Virus record (IMG/VR): IMGVR_UViG_3300031841_004520 | Coordinates: 59,593 to 123,592 of that record | DNA: 64,000 nucleotides | Source of the DNA: a virus | Reading direction: 5' to 3' (one strand) | In this document: in pieces, positions 28,718-38,171 of the stretch | How the letters are laid out: each line of letters opens with the position of its first letter | Numbering within the stretch: the stretch's first letter is position 1 | Notes under the pieces: generated by a model | Told to the model about the DNA's origin: nothing | What the model saw: only the letters and a program-made list of their open reading frames with translations | The model's database searches: none | Made by a program: the position numbers and the translations under genes

Positions 28718-29754
28718 TGTAATACCTGTAATATTTTTTTGGTTAGATCTAAAGGTCCTATAGATACCCTAAAACAATTTTGCAATCCCTCCAAGTAACT
28801 CCTATCTCTGACTAAAATTTTATTTTCTGCTAAAACCTTTAGTGTATTTTTAATATTATCGGTTTTAACAATTATAAAGTTTCCGTAACCCTTTAGTGTT
28901 TGGTACGATGTGTTTAAATTATCATAAAAATATTGCTTAGACAATTCCGTTTGCTCAACACATGAGTTCAAATAATCAATATCAGACAATGCAGCTATTC
29001 CAGCAAGTTGAGCAATTGAGTTTACACTTTTGCCATTTTTAATTTTTTGTAAAGATTTTATATTTTCTTTATTAGATATAATATATCCTAGTCTAAATGA
29101 AGCTAAGCCAAATGCCTTAGAGAAAGTTCTTGTCACAACAATATTAGAAAATTGTTTTGTTAATTGCACACAACTTGTTTTACAAAACTCATAATAGGCT
29201 TCATCTATAATAAATAGAGTATTTGGATTATCTTTTAGTAAACTTTCAATAACAGATATGGGTATCAAATGTCCAGTTGGATTATTAGGATTAACTATAT
29301 ATACAACATTATGCTTTGAGCATTCTTCAAAGTCGTATTCATGTTTATCAAAAATATTATTTATTAAAGAGCTTGTGTGGTTGGCTGTATTAATATCAAT
29401 AAAGGTATCTACCTGAGTATATGATGGTGCATAGGTCAGAACACTGGTGCTTTCATCTACAAACACAGAAAATATGTCTTTTAAAGCATCGTCAGATCCA
29501 TTGTATACCTCAATATTTTCTTTTGGAACATCAACATACTCAGATATTTTGCTTTTAAGTTGTTGTTGTGTGATATCAGGATATAGTCTAAAATTAATTT
29601 GTTTGGTTAAACTGTCAAAAACTTCTGTTACCTTGGCACTAGGAGCAAACAAAGACTCGTTCCAATCACAAAGAGTCCACGACTTATCTAAAGTAAATCT
29701 ATTAGATGTAACATATGGTTTAATTGTTGCCAAATGTTTATTGTGCTTAATCAT
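28714..29754 (-). CDS. hisC: HisC-like PLP aminotransferase (class I/II)
   Basis: DWNE, NGSDD, NPNNPTG, DEAY, RTFSKAFGLASFRLGY. Confidence 0.85.
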   Translation of the reverse strand: MIKHNKHLATIKPYVTSNRFTLDKSWTLCDWNESLFAPSAKVTEVFDSLTKQINFRLYPDITQQQLKSKISEYVDVPKENIEVYNGSDDALKDIFSVFVDESTSVLTYAPSYTQVDTFIDINTANHTSSLINNIFDKHEYDFEECSKHNVVYIVNPNNPTGHLIPISVIESLLKDNPNTLFIIDEAYYEFCKTSCVQLTKQFSNIVVTRTFSKAFGLASFRLGYIISNKENIKSLQKIKNGKSVNSIAQLAGIAALSDIDYLNSCVEQTELSKQYFYDNLNTSYQTLKGYGNFIIVKTDNIKNTLKVLAENKILVRDRSYLEGLQNCFRVSIGPLDLTKKILQVLQ

Positions 29755-31082
29755 TTTTCTGTAAAGATGTTTCTTATTTTACCTGTTTCAGTACTTCTTT
29801 TAATTTCATCAACTATTGCAATATTCAGTGGTAGCGAACCTACTCTGCTAGACATACCTTTTCTAATTTCGGTTTCCGTTTTTTCGCAAAATTTCTCATT
29901 CTTAACAATATTCATTGTAAGACTACGGTCTGCTTTTTGAAAAATTTGGAACATTTTAACACCATCTATCTTATACATCATAGTGTAAAAGTTAACCCCT
30001 GGCAATCTACAACCATCTTTAGATATTAGTATATCGTCACATCTACCATCTATATCTAACATAGTGTAACATGTGCTTTTGTCATTGTTTATGATTCCTA
30101 CATCGTTTGTTTTATATCTAAGAAAAGGCATATAGTAATTATTAAACCCTGTACCAACTATTACATTTTGATCATTTTCTTGCACAAATTCAGTAATACC
30201 ATATTCAAAATTTTCATAATAGTGGTCCGACTCACTAGTTTGATGATGAAACACAACTTTTTCTTGTAGTCCATAGTGCGCTTTGGGTTTGATGCCAAAA
30301 GCCTTATATATTTTGTTAGACCATTCTTCTAACATTTTTTCTGAGGCTACATGTATTTGCGATATGTTTAATGATAAATTATGGTCTTCACATAAACATG
30401 CTAGTATGTAAATGCTAGACGGATACCCAACCAGTGTGTGATAATTTCCTGCATTTATTTTTTTTACATAATCATGTACAGTCTTATCATTAACATGATA
30501 TGCTGACATGTATAGTCTTCTTAATTCATAGTCATAATTCCATAACATATTTTCTTTAGGGGGCACAAATCTACGCAGCCAAACACTAGGCTTGTCGTAC
30601 ATTGTTGCTCCATGGTCATTAAAAGCCCTTAGTACAAAAGCGGCTTCTTTTTTGTATAAATCATCAGTGCCATAAAAAATTAATTTTTTACCTGTTGATC
30701 CACTAGTTCTAAATTCAAAACATTTTTGTCCAATCATATTAGAAGCAATAAGATCTTTTGTATTATCTCTAATAATATCTTTTGTAAGTATTGGCAGTAA
30801 AGAGATATCAGAAGCAGATTTGAATGATTGTGGACAAAGCCCACGGTCTAACATCACATTTTTATAGTAAGGCACATTATTGTAGCAGTGTGTAATGAGT
30901 TTCTTGAACTCTAAATATTGATAGTCTAATAATTGTTGTTTGTTCCATGTTCTAGATGTCATTAAGTTTTGAAAAGTTTCTACAAAAATCTTACCATACC
31001 TACGATTGAAAGGCACGCAATTGTAGTATGCTCTTTTTAGAAAACCAGGACAAACTTTAATTATTTTGTTTACACTACCCAT
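29751..31082 (-). CDS. Phenylacetate-CoA ligase/CapK-family adenylate-forming enzyme
   Basis: TSGSTG, GYPSS, HYGLQE, MPFLRYKTND, GRCDD, TGKIR; start moved to MGSVNK. Confidence 0.88.
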   Translation of the reverse strand: MGSVNKIIKVCPGFLKRAYYNCVPFNRRYGKIFVETFQNLMTSRTWNKQQLLDYQYLEFKKLITHCYNNVPYYKNVMLDRGLCPQSFKSASDISLLPILTKDIIRDNTKDLIASNMIGQKCFEFRTSGSTGKKLIFYGTDDLYKKEAAFVLRAFNDHGATMYDKPSVWLRRFVPPKENMLWNYDYELRRLYMSAYHVNDKTVHDYVKKINAGNYHTLVGYPSSIYILACLCEDHNLSLNISQIHVASEKMLEEWSNKIYKAFGIKPKAHYGLQEKVVFHHQTSESDHYYENFEYGITEFVQENDQNVIVGTGFNNYYMPFLRYKTNDVGIINNDKSTCYTMLDIDGRCDDILISKDGCRLPGVNFYTMMYKIDGVKMFQIFQKADRSLTMNIVKNEKFCEKTETEIRKGMSSRVGSLPLNIAIVDEIKRSTETGKIRNIFTEK

Positions 31083-31413
31083 TATGAAAAAAGTCTTCGC
31101 TGTTAATAGCTTTGTCGTCAATATAATAATCTGCCATATACTTTACTCCACTTCTCAGGTGATCAAATTTTAATCCCCAATCTTTTAGTTGATTTAACGT
31201 TTTAAAAAACCAAGACCTACCTGAATTATTACCTCTGGCTGTTTCAATGATGATTATATGTCCCTCATCATGTAATTCGTTAATTTTATTAATTCTGTCA
31301 GATATAGGCTTAGAATCAAAATACTGCGGACCACTCTTACCGTCTGGGCCCACACCCATTTCAGTTCTACATAACGTGTCGTCTAAATCTACTACATAAA
31401 TTAATCTTTTCAT
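31075..31413 (-). CDS. Capsule-biosynthesis-type HAD phosphatase (EcbF-like)
   Basis: DLDDTLC, TARG, K.ADYYIDDKA. Confidence 0.85.
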   Translation of the reverse strand: MKRLIYVVDLDDTLCRTEMGVGPDGKSGPQYFDSKPISDRINKINELHDEGHIIIIETARGNNSGRSWFFKTLNQLKDWGLKFDHLRSGVKYMADYYIDDKAINSEDFFHNG

Positions 31414-32192
31414 TATAAAGGTGCTTTTACATTTACTCCTGGAAAATTTGGAATTACATGCGTTGATTGATTAAATTTTCGCATAGCTTCTACCAAAAGT
31501 CTTTCATTTTCTCTAAACTGTGGCCAGAATGAAGGTCTAGAACTTTTGTAAGGGCCTCTAACGTCTCCACCTTCTTCGTGATGTAAAGCATAAATATTTT
31601 CACTACAATCTATACTATCATAGCCTATTTGTCTTGGAAGCCATAACATACACCTATCAAAAGATCCTCTAGCTATTAAGAAATTTGGAAAGAAATTTTT
31701 AGAATTTAAATTTAAATATACGTCTTTGTGAAAACAAAAATAGTCACAATGTTCTGTGTTTCTGAATGGCAGGTCACCAGCAATTTCCATGATTTGCTCA
31801 TCAGACAAATTATTAATATCTAAATCACAATAATCTACCCAATCTCTTCTTTTGCCTACCATTTGAAAGGGCTTATCATATTTATCTTTTATATGCTTAA
31901 AAGTTTCACAAAAATCTGATAAAAATATTATATCGCTATTTACATAGCAAAGATATTGATTATCGGTTTTATCTATAGCATCTAGGAAAAGATCTTTGAT
32001 TGAAGGTGGATCTAAAGGCTTGAGTTCTTTAGGATATTTTCTAGCAACAACTTTAGGATGTTCTAAAATCTGACTAGTTTCTAAAGACGTATACACTACA
32101 ATTTCATGGACGCAATCTAGTTTTGTCCATGATAGTAGTGAGTTTTTTTCTCTATACAAGAATTGTTCTAGAGTAGTAAAGAATGTTATCAT
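31413..32192 (-). CDS. GT-A-like glycosyltransferase
   Basis: PSIKDLF, CYVNSDIIF, GKRRD, DYFCF. Confidence 0.65.
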   Translation of the reverse strand: MITFFTTLEQFLYREKNSLLSWTKLDCVHEIVVYTSLETSQILEHPKVVARKYPKELKPLDPPSIKDLFLDAIDKTDNQYLCYVNSDIIFLSDFCETFKHIKDKYDKPFQMVGKRRDWVDYCDLDINNLSDEQIMEIAGDLPFRNTEHCDYFCFHKDVYLNLNSKNFFPNFLIARGSFDRCMLWLPRQIGYDSIDCSENIYALHHEEGGDVRGPYKSSRPSFWPQFRENERLLVEAMRKFNQSTHVIPNFPGVNVKAPL

Positions 32193-33079
32193 TTTAAAAA
32201 CTTAGCTTTGCATAATGTCCTAATTTTTTCTTTTACGCCATCGTCCCATAAAAATTCCTTTACCATTTTATTATATGGCTTATAGTTTTTCCAATTTTGT
32301 GCATAGTGGTCTGCGTTGCTATGCTCTCCCCATTCTCCAATATACTGTGCATTCATAGTAAAGGTGGATATTTTAATAAAATTATTTAAGGCTAGAAAAC
32401 CACTCATAACACTATCTTGACTAGTTACTACTTTGGTTGGGTCCATGCCATATTGTTCACAGTATCCCAATATTTGTTGATGCGGCCTACCCCTATAGTC
32501 ATCTGGTAGCATAGCATAGTAACCTTCCATAAAAGGAGCCACAACATCATATGCTCTTTTAAAAAACCCATATCCCCAAATATGCTCCATTTGCATAAAT
32601 TTGTTATTATTTCTCTCTTGCTGTTTATCCCAATCGTCGTATCTTGTAAGATAGTCACAATACTTAAAAACATCTGTGTGTCTATGAATTTCACCAAAAC
32701 AACTCACCATACTGACGTCTTTATCATCCTGGAATTTATCCATTAATAAATTTAACTGTTCTAGATAATAGTCATTTAATACTATATCGTCTTCTATAAA
32801 TATAGCAGAATCTGCTCTATCAAAAATAAATTCTCTTGCTCTTTTTTGATTAAAAGCAACGCCTAAGTTGCATTCACTAGCAAAGACTTTGGATTTAGGA
32901 AAATGCTTACTAAAAACATCTACACTGTTTTTTACTTTGGGCTTATCATCCGTTAGTATTCTTGCACCATCTTGAAACAAAAAAACCTCAGCGTCCTTGA
33001 CTTGAGGCTTTAATGCTTGCAATACTTTATCTAAATAATCTGGACGATTATACGCATATACTACTATTGGTCTTGACAT
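32189..33079 (-). CDS. GT-A glycosyltransferase (GT2/GT13-like)
   Basis: AYNRPDYL, FQDG, NLGVA, FIEDDIV, WG. Confidence 0.8.
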   Translation of the reverse strand: MSRPIVVYAYNRPDYLDKVLQALKPQVKDAEVFLFQDGARILTDDKPKVKNSVDVFSKHFPKSKVFASECNLGVAFNQKRAREFIFDRADSAIFIEDDIVLNDYYLEQLNLLMDKFQDDKDVSMVSCFGEIHRHTDVFKYCDYLTRYDDWDKQQERNNNKFMQMEHIWGYGFFKRAYDVVAPFMEGYYAMLPDDYRGRPHQQILGYCEQYGMDPTKVVTSQDSVMSGFLALNNFIKISTFTMNAQYIGEWGEHSNADHYAQNWKNYKPYNKMVKEFLWDDGVKEKIRTLCKAKFLK

Positions 33080-33104
33080 TATAATCCTAGATACTGTAGT
33101 GAAG

Positions 33105-33353
33105 TTAACTCTTGGTTAGTTTATTATAAACTAAAAGAGCAACCACGCCACCACCAATTCCCATAAAAATTCCCGCAGGCTCTAACGCACTATAAAACCC
33201 TAATAAATAAGATGCTGCTCCGCCGCAATACGATCCAGCAACACCAAGGGCTACGGTTTGAAAAAACCCTAATTTTTCTTCACCAGGAACTATACTCTTA
33301 GCAATAGACCCTACAAAAATACCATATACGCACCATATTAATAAACTAAACAT
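33105..33353 (-). CDS. GlsB/YeaQ/YmgE (transglycosylase-associated) membrane protein
   Basis: GIFVGSIAKSIVPG...TVALGVAGSYCGG...GGGVVAL. Confidence 0.85.
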   Translation of the reverse strand: MFSLLIWCVYGIFVGSIAKSIVPGEEKLGFFQTVALGVAGSYCGGAASYLLGFYSALEPAGIFMGIGGGVVALLVYNKLTKS

Positions 33354-33732
33354 TACTTACCTCTATTAAAGAATGAACTTGTTCGTGACTCAAATCGCTT
33401 GCAGCATCCAATATTTTCTCACACAAAACACTTCCATGTTTTTTATATTCTTCCCTTGGCATATTTTTCCGTAATATTTTTTTAAGACGCATTTTGGTAT
33501 ACCATCCACGCCTTACGCTTAATGTTTTAATATGACTAGCATAAGCAGTACATTTTTGTTCAGTACTAGTCAGCATTTTGAGTTCTGTTTTATTACAGTC
33601 TTGTATGACTCTGATCAAAGTAAGAAATACCCCAATCAACATAATAACAACTATGACACTACCAAAGTTAGCCTTCGGATCTATGTCAGAATCTATAGCA
33701 ATTTTTTCTGCAATTTTTTCTAATTCATTCAT
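33346..33732 (-). CDS. Hypothetical single-pass membrane protein
   Basis: Hydrophobic SVIVVIMLIGVFLTLI. Confidence 0.6.
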   Translation of the reverse strand: MNELEKIAEKIAIDSDIDPKANFGSVIVVIMLIGVFLTLIRVIQDCNKTELKMLTSTEQKCTAYASHIKTLSVRRGWYTKMRLKKILRKNMPREEYKKHGSVLCEKILDAASDLSHEQVHSLIEVSNV

Positions 33733-33736
33733 GATA

Positions 33737-34009
33737 TTACTTCGGCCTTATGTTAATATAAAATTTACCATCCCTGGCGCCAGTTTTTAAAATACCATCC
33801 GATGTTATTTGTGCTTTAGCTTCAACTGGCGGACCTCCGCCTATGACTGTAGGAGGATACCCAGCAGTATTCGTTCCAAAAACAGGGTTGTACCCTGCAG
33901 TATTGTACGCTGCAGTATTATACCCTGCAGTACTATACACTATATTGTCGTCAATATTATTTATAGTCGTTTGTAAAATTTTGTTGAATAGTTCTTTATT
34001 ACTCATCAT
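33737..34009 (-). CDS. 90-aa protein with TA[GA]Y[NP] repeats and a shared N-terminal leader
   Basis: STAGYNTAAYNTAGYN...NTAGYP; N-terminus similar to that of 47874..49592. Confidence 0.65.
   Translation of the reverse strand: MMSNKELFNKILQTTINNIDDNIVYSTAGYNTAAYNTAGYNPVFGTNTAGYPPTVIGGGPPVEAKAQITSDGILKTGARDGKFYINIRPK
33855..33932. repeat. 15-bp tandem repeat (3 copies plus 1 dispersed copy)
   Basis: ttgtaccctgcagta 33888, ttgtacgctgcagta 33903, ttataccctgcagta 33918; ggatacccagcagta 33855. Confidence 0.9.
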
Positions 34010-34844
34010 CTTTTCTGTCTATAAAATATTGAGCTATGTCCTGTTTAAACTCTGGCTTGTTGGGCAGCAACTCTATAAGACCATCTGTAATTTTTATGTC
34101 TGTATATGGGTCATATTTGTGATTCTGTAGTATTTTGTTCTTTTCCCAATACTGTCTATTGTCAGTATTCCCATGATACAAATGCTCTACACTCCCTTTA
34201 ATACACCCAATTTGACCGTTGACGTTTTCATTATTGCTTAAGGCCCATAATAGGTATTTACGCCTCATTCTTGGAGGCAGAACCAATACTTGCTGATGGT
34301 CCCACAGTCCCAACCAAGCTATTAGCTGTAAAGCGTCATTGTTCCCCAACACATCGCAATCAAACAATCCACCATCTATCACATTTTTTCTCATAGCCCA
34401 ACTAAAACCTATAGCTGGCCAATCTTGTTTCTTTGTATTAAGGTAGTCTCTAGCAAAAGAAATGTTATTATGTGTGCTGTTTTCTGATTTCTCATAAACG
34501 CTTTCAAAACATTGTGCAACAGGGTAACGATTTAAAGTTTTATCTATGTCTTTTAGTATATCTTTATTATTAAAGATAATGTCACAGTCCACCCAAACCA
34601 CAATATCTGTACTATTTGGAAGACTATCAATTAATATATTTAGAAGTCTTTCTTTTTGCCAGACTATATTAGAAGTTGTTCCTTTTAGCTTTATGCTGTC
34701 TTCTATAAAAAAATCTTGATCATCAATGGTGAGTTCTGCTGTATGAATTTTATATGGAAAATGTCTACGAAACTCTATATAGTTATTCTTAATCCTATTA
34801 GAGTTTGTAAAATTGAAGTACGAAGTTATAAATGATATACTCAC
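33999..34844 (-). CDS. GT-A-like glycosyltransferase, YFN/WQKER family, paralog 2
   Basis: SYFNF, VWQKERLLN, WVDCDIIF, HLYHG. Confidence 0.6.
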   Translation of the reverse strand: MSISFITSYFNFTNSNRIKNNYIEFRRHFPYKIHTAELTIDDQDFFIEDSIKLKGTTSNIVWQKERLLNILIDSLPNSTDIVVWVDCDIIFNNKDILKDIDKTLNRYPVAQCFESVYEKSENSTHNNISFARDYLNTKKQDWPAIGFSWAMRKNVIDGGLFDCDVLGNNDALQLIAWLGLWDHQQVLVLPPRMRRKYLLWALSNNENVNGQIGCIKGSVEHLYHGNTDNRQYWEKNKILQNHKYDPYTDIKITDGLIELLPNKPEFKQDIAQYFIDRKDDE

Positions 34845-35482
34845 AGTTTCTTATATTCTAAAATAATCTGTGTTGGATATTCTAATATACCTAAGTTTAA
34901 GGGGTTGTCTTTACTTGATCCCAAATACTTTAGTTCTTCATCGTTGTAGTCAAGTTGTTTATTGGGCAAAATTGGCCTGAGGTTATTCGATGCATTGATA
35001 ACTTTAAATATGTTGTCTAACTGTATTCCAGGCAAACAATCATCAATTAAAATTATAGCAGAATCGTTGAGAAAATTATTTGGATGATTTAAAATAACAG
35101 TGAGTACTATATCTTTAGCTACAGCATCAATAAAAAGGAAATCATAACTACTATTGTTAGACGATATAGTAGTAAACTGACATTCATTGTGCAGTGTAGT
35201 ATACTCTGAGAGTTGCATTTCATGTAATACGCCTTTAGCCCAATTATAATTATCTTTATTAACTTCTATTGAATAAAATTCAAACCCAAATATTCTTGAA
35301 AGTTGTGCAAAAGTAACGGTGCTCCAACCCTCATTTGTCGAGTCTTTACGCATTGTGCCAAACTCTATTATTTTTTCTGGTTTTCTATCTAAGATTAATT
35401 CAATCGCATGATTAAATGAATTATATCTGCAATTACCTGCTAAAAAACCTTTTTGTTTTGGTTTGTTGTCTTCTTCCGTCAT
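34841..35482 (-). CDS. SAM-dependent methyltransferase-like protein
   Basis: IIEFGT, FYSIE, YDFLFIDA, ILIDD. Confidence 0.7.
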   Translation of the reverse strand: MTEEDNKPKQKGFLAGNCRYNSFNHAIELILDRKPEKIIEFGTMRKDSTNEGWSTVTFAQLSRIFGFEFYSIEVNKDNYNWAKGVLHEMQLSEYTTLHNECQFTTISSNNSSYDFLFIDAVAKDIVLTVILNHPNNFLNDSAIILIDDCLPGIQLDNIFKVINASNNLRPILPNKQLDYNDEELKYLGSSKDNPLNLGILEYPTQIILEYKKL

Positions 35483-36294
35483 AAAATATCTTTAATTTCA
35501 TTGTGCAATTCTGTTTTATCGCTAGACCATTGCCATAAACCATTACTACCTAATTCAATATCCTCACTGATATCAAACAGATGTTTGTTTAATATGTGTG
35601 TATAAATTGGACGTTGACTACTAGTGGTGGTAATTTTAATGTCATTTAAATTATTTAATTTATTTTGCACAACCATAAAGTCATCGATAGCTTTGGCTAA
35701 TAGGGGTAGGCTAATATCTTGATGGAAGTCACGACAAAAACTGTTATTCCAAGCTCCTTGCCAAGTAACAATTTGATGTAATTCATTATTGCCTACAATA
35801 GAAAAATCATACAAGCCCTTAGGCAAAGCATCTCTTCTTGCAGCCCAAGCCAAATCATACCTACCTACATTAGATATGACAGGATTATTCTTTAGACTAT
35901 ATTTTTCACCTTCCTGTTTGATTTTTGCTAGATATCCCAACTCATCATTAACATGACTAAAAAGTTGGCATATAGGATATTCGTCTAATGCCACTGTTGC
36001 CCTTTTGTACCATGACAAATCTTCAAAAATAATATTGGGATCTAACCAAGCTACTTGATCAACAGAAGACCTTAGTGATTCTACACCTATATTAATTAAT
36101 CTTTGTGGTTGCCAAAGCATATTAGATTCGTTGGCAGATATCCTAATAGAATCATCAATCCAAAAATATTGATCGGCAAAAGCAACTTCTACTACAGTTA
36201 AGGGAGCATTTAGATTATTTTTAAATTCTATAAAATCCTGTCTAACTTTGTCAGAATTATTAGGATTAAAATAGTAGCTTATACATCGTAACAT
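35479..36294 (-). CDS. YFN/WQKER-family GT-like paralog 3 (degenerate)
   Basis: YYFNP, LWQPQRLIN, WLDPNIIF (DxD lost), no HLYHG. Confidence 0.55.
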   Translation of the reverse strand: MLRCISYYFNPNNSDKVRQDFIEFKNNLNAPLTVVEVAFADQYFWIDDSIRISANESNMLWQPQRLINIGVESLRSSVDQVAWLDPNIIFEDLSWYKRATVALDEYPICQLFSHVNDELGYLAKIKQEGEKYSLKNNPVISNVGRYDLAWAARRDALPKGLYDFSIVGNNELHQIVTWQGAWNNSFCRDFHQDISLPLLAKAIDDFMVVQNKLNNLNDIKITTTSSQRPIYTHILNKHLFDISEDIELGSNGLWQWSSDKTELHNEIKDIL

Positions 36295-36296
36295 GG

Positions 36297-36569
36297 TTAT
36301 CTATAAATTATATTACTTGTTTTTTCTAACCCATCTTCTGGTTCACAATAGTTGCAATCTATTTTCTTAATTCCATCACCACTGATATACCACCCCTTGC
36401 CTTTACACACTGGACAGTCTTTGCGTTTGGGTTTTTTAATGTTCACGCTGTCACCCGCAGCAGCTTTTAAAACAGCTCCAGACAAAGTCACCACAGAAGT
36501 TGTACTATATTTAGGTGTTGCAGCAAACGCTACGGTCATCATTAATGCTACACAAAATAATTTATTCAT
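36297..36569 (-). CDS. Exported small protein with DnaJ-type zinc motif
   Basis: N-terminal signal peptide; CPVCKGKG...GDG...CNYC. Confidence 0.65.
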   Translation of the reverse strand: MNKLFCVALMMTVAFAATPKYSTTSVVTLSGAVLKAAAGDSVNIKKPKRKDCPVCKGKGWYISGDGIKKIDCNYCEPEDGLEKTSNIIYR

Positions 36570-36748
36570 TTCTTAAGCCACCTATCTAACAAATCTCTTA
36601 ATGGTCTTTTTGGTTTTGTGATATGTTTGTCTGTACTGAATAATTTCATAATACCTAATATAAAATCCGTTAGAATTCTAATTAATTGATTCATAAGAAG
36701 CTGATCTATCCAGCCACCTTTATGCTCGTCTTTCTGTTCGTCTGTCAT
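36566..36748 (-). CDS. Small amphipathic hypothetical protein
   Basis: 60 aa with ATGA overlaps on both sides. Confidence 0.55.
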   Translation of the reverse strand: MTDEQKDEHKGGWIDQLLMNQLIRILTDFILGIMKLFSTDKHITKPKRPLRDLLDRWLKK

Positions 36749-37671
36749 AGATAACTCTCAAATCCGTAGTCAGGAAGTTTTTGTGGTGGAAATCCATTAA
36801 AATCACTAAAGGCGTAAGCTCCGTTTTGCCTTAACATACCAGCCGCTACATCTGCGTGTATTAAAAAAGAACCATCAGGAATAGGACCCCAATCTGGATG
36901 TCCTCCAGAGTTCCATTTACCCCAGCTATTTTGAACAAGAAAGGCTGGCTCATCACCAGTATCATCGCAAGCCGTCCAAGCCATTGCGTGAGCCCATGAC
37001 CCACTTTTACGAGCAAATCCCTTAGAGCTACGCTTGTTAGAAAATCCATAGCCGCTACAAACACTTAATCCATACCCATTAGCTAATGCGTCCCTAGCTT
37101 CTTCTATTGTTCGAATTAACGAGACTGTTCTAATCTGATGATCATCTGCTTTTGCTAAAACCTTATCCGGCACTCCACGACCACCCCAGTTTGTGCCTAT
37201 CTTACTATTGTACTTGCTGAAGTCGGCCACCCCAGGATAATTTTTACGCACAAGAACGCCGCCTGTTTGACTCACAAATGTAGCAGCACGACTACAACTC
37301 ATACCCTGTCCAGTATGACCTCTAGCGCCGTATATTGCTTCTGTAGCACCTCTAGCAAGCCAGCTTTCTTTGTCTCCCTTCACATCTATTTCTACAGCTC
37401 TAGTTACATCACATCCATTTCGTGTAGCATGTGAAACGCAATCGCCCGTAGTCTGTCGTTCTGTGTAGGCATTTTTGTCAAATTTCAACACAGACTTATA
37501 TGGTGTTGACAGTTTACCCTTACCGCTATTTTTTATTCTCTTAGCGCCGTCTGTAAAGTAGGCGTATTTAGATGTAGCAATTAAGTCGTCATAGACATGC
37601 TGTTCCCAAAGGCATCCGCTAAAGCCTTTTTTGTATTCATTGTATAATTGTTCTGGTGTCATTCTTGCCAT
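36745..37671 (-). CDS. Papain-like cysteine peptidase (C1 family)
   Basis: QTTGDCVSHA (oxyanion Q, catalytic C), WAHAM (H), QNSWG (N). Confidence 0.88.
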   Translation of the reverse strand: MARMTPEQLYNEYKKGFSGCLWEQHVYDDLIATSKYAYFTDGAKRIKNSGKGKLSTPYKSVLKFDKNAYTERQTTGDCVSHATRNGCDVTRAVEIDVKGDKESWLARGATEAIYGARGHTGQGMSCSRAATFVSQTGGVLVRKNYPGVADFSKYNSKIGTNWGGRGVPDKVLAKADDHQIRTVSLIRTIEEARDALANGYGLSVCSGYGFSNKRSSKGFARKSGSWAHAMAWTACDDTGDEPAFLVQNSWGKWNSGGHPDWGPIPDGSFLIHADVAAGMLRQNGAYAFSDFNGFPPQKLPDYGFESYL

Positions 37672-38171
37672 TATTTACTACCTTGATAGAATGCCCAGCT
37701 TAAAGCCCTGAAAGCTTCAGCAGACTTGGATCTTAAATCATCACTTAACGACACATCATCATCCCCAATAGCAGTAACTACCAAAGACCTAGAGGCTTCT
37801 GCAAGGTTAGGGTACTTATCTTTGATATCTAATCTCAGCATATTGCCAGCAATAGAATTAACTTGCCTAATAGCATTAGTGTCTTTAACTACTTGATCTT
37901 CTCCATCTAGCTCTATTAGTGTTGCTATGTCTGCATATAAAGAAGATAATTTTAAGGCATCTGATTTTCTAGTAGAATCTTCAGATGATTGCAGTATTTC
38001 TTTGATTTCTCTTGCTTTTTCTAGTAGATCAGTGTCTGAAGGAGCATCTACAACATATGATTCAACAACAGACACATTATCTGAAGGCGTAAAAATATTA
38101 CCCAAATCTGGCTTAACTAAACCAAACAATACTAGAATTGCACCTATCGCTAATAATACTTTATTCTGCAT
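37671..38171 (-). CDS. Membrane-anchored hypothetical protein
   Basis: N-terminal VLLAIGAILVLFGL; start moved to MQNKV. Confidence 0.6.
   Translation of the reverse strand: MQNKVLLAIGAILVLFGLVKPDLGNIFTPSDNVSVVESYVVDAPSDTDLLEKAREIKEILQSSEDSTRKSDALKLSSLYADIATLIELDGEDQVVKDTNAIRQVNSIAGNMLRLDIKDKYPNLAEASRSLVVTAIGDDDVSLSDDLRSKSAEAFRALSWAFYQGSK

Noticed and set aside
33855-33932. CRISPR-like or mini-array reading of the 15-bp repeats
   Set aside because: Units are 15 bp, directly adjacent without spacers, and in frame within a CDS
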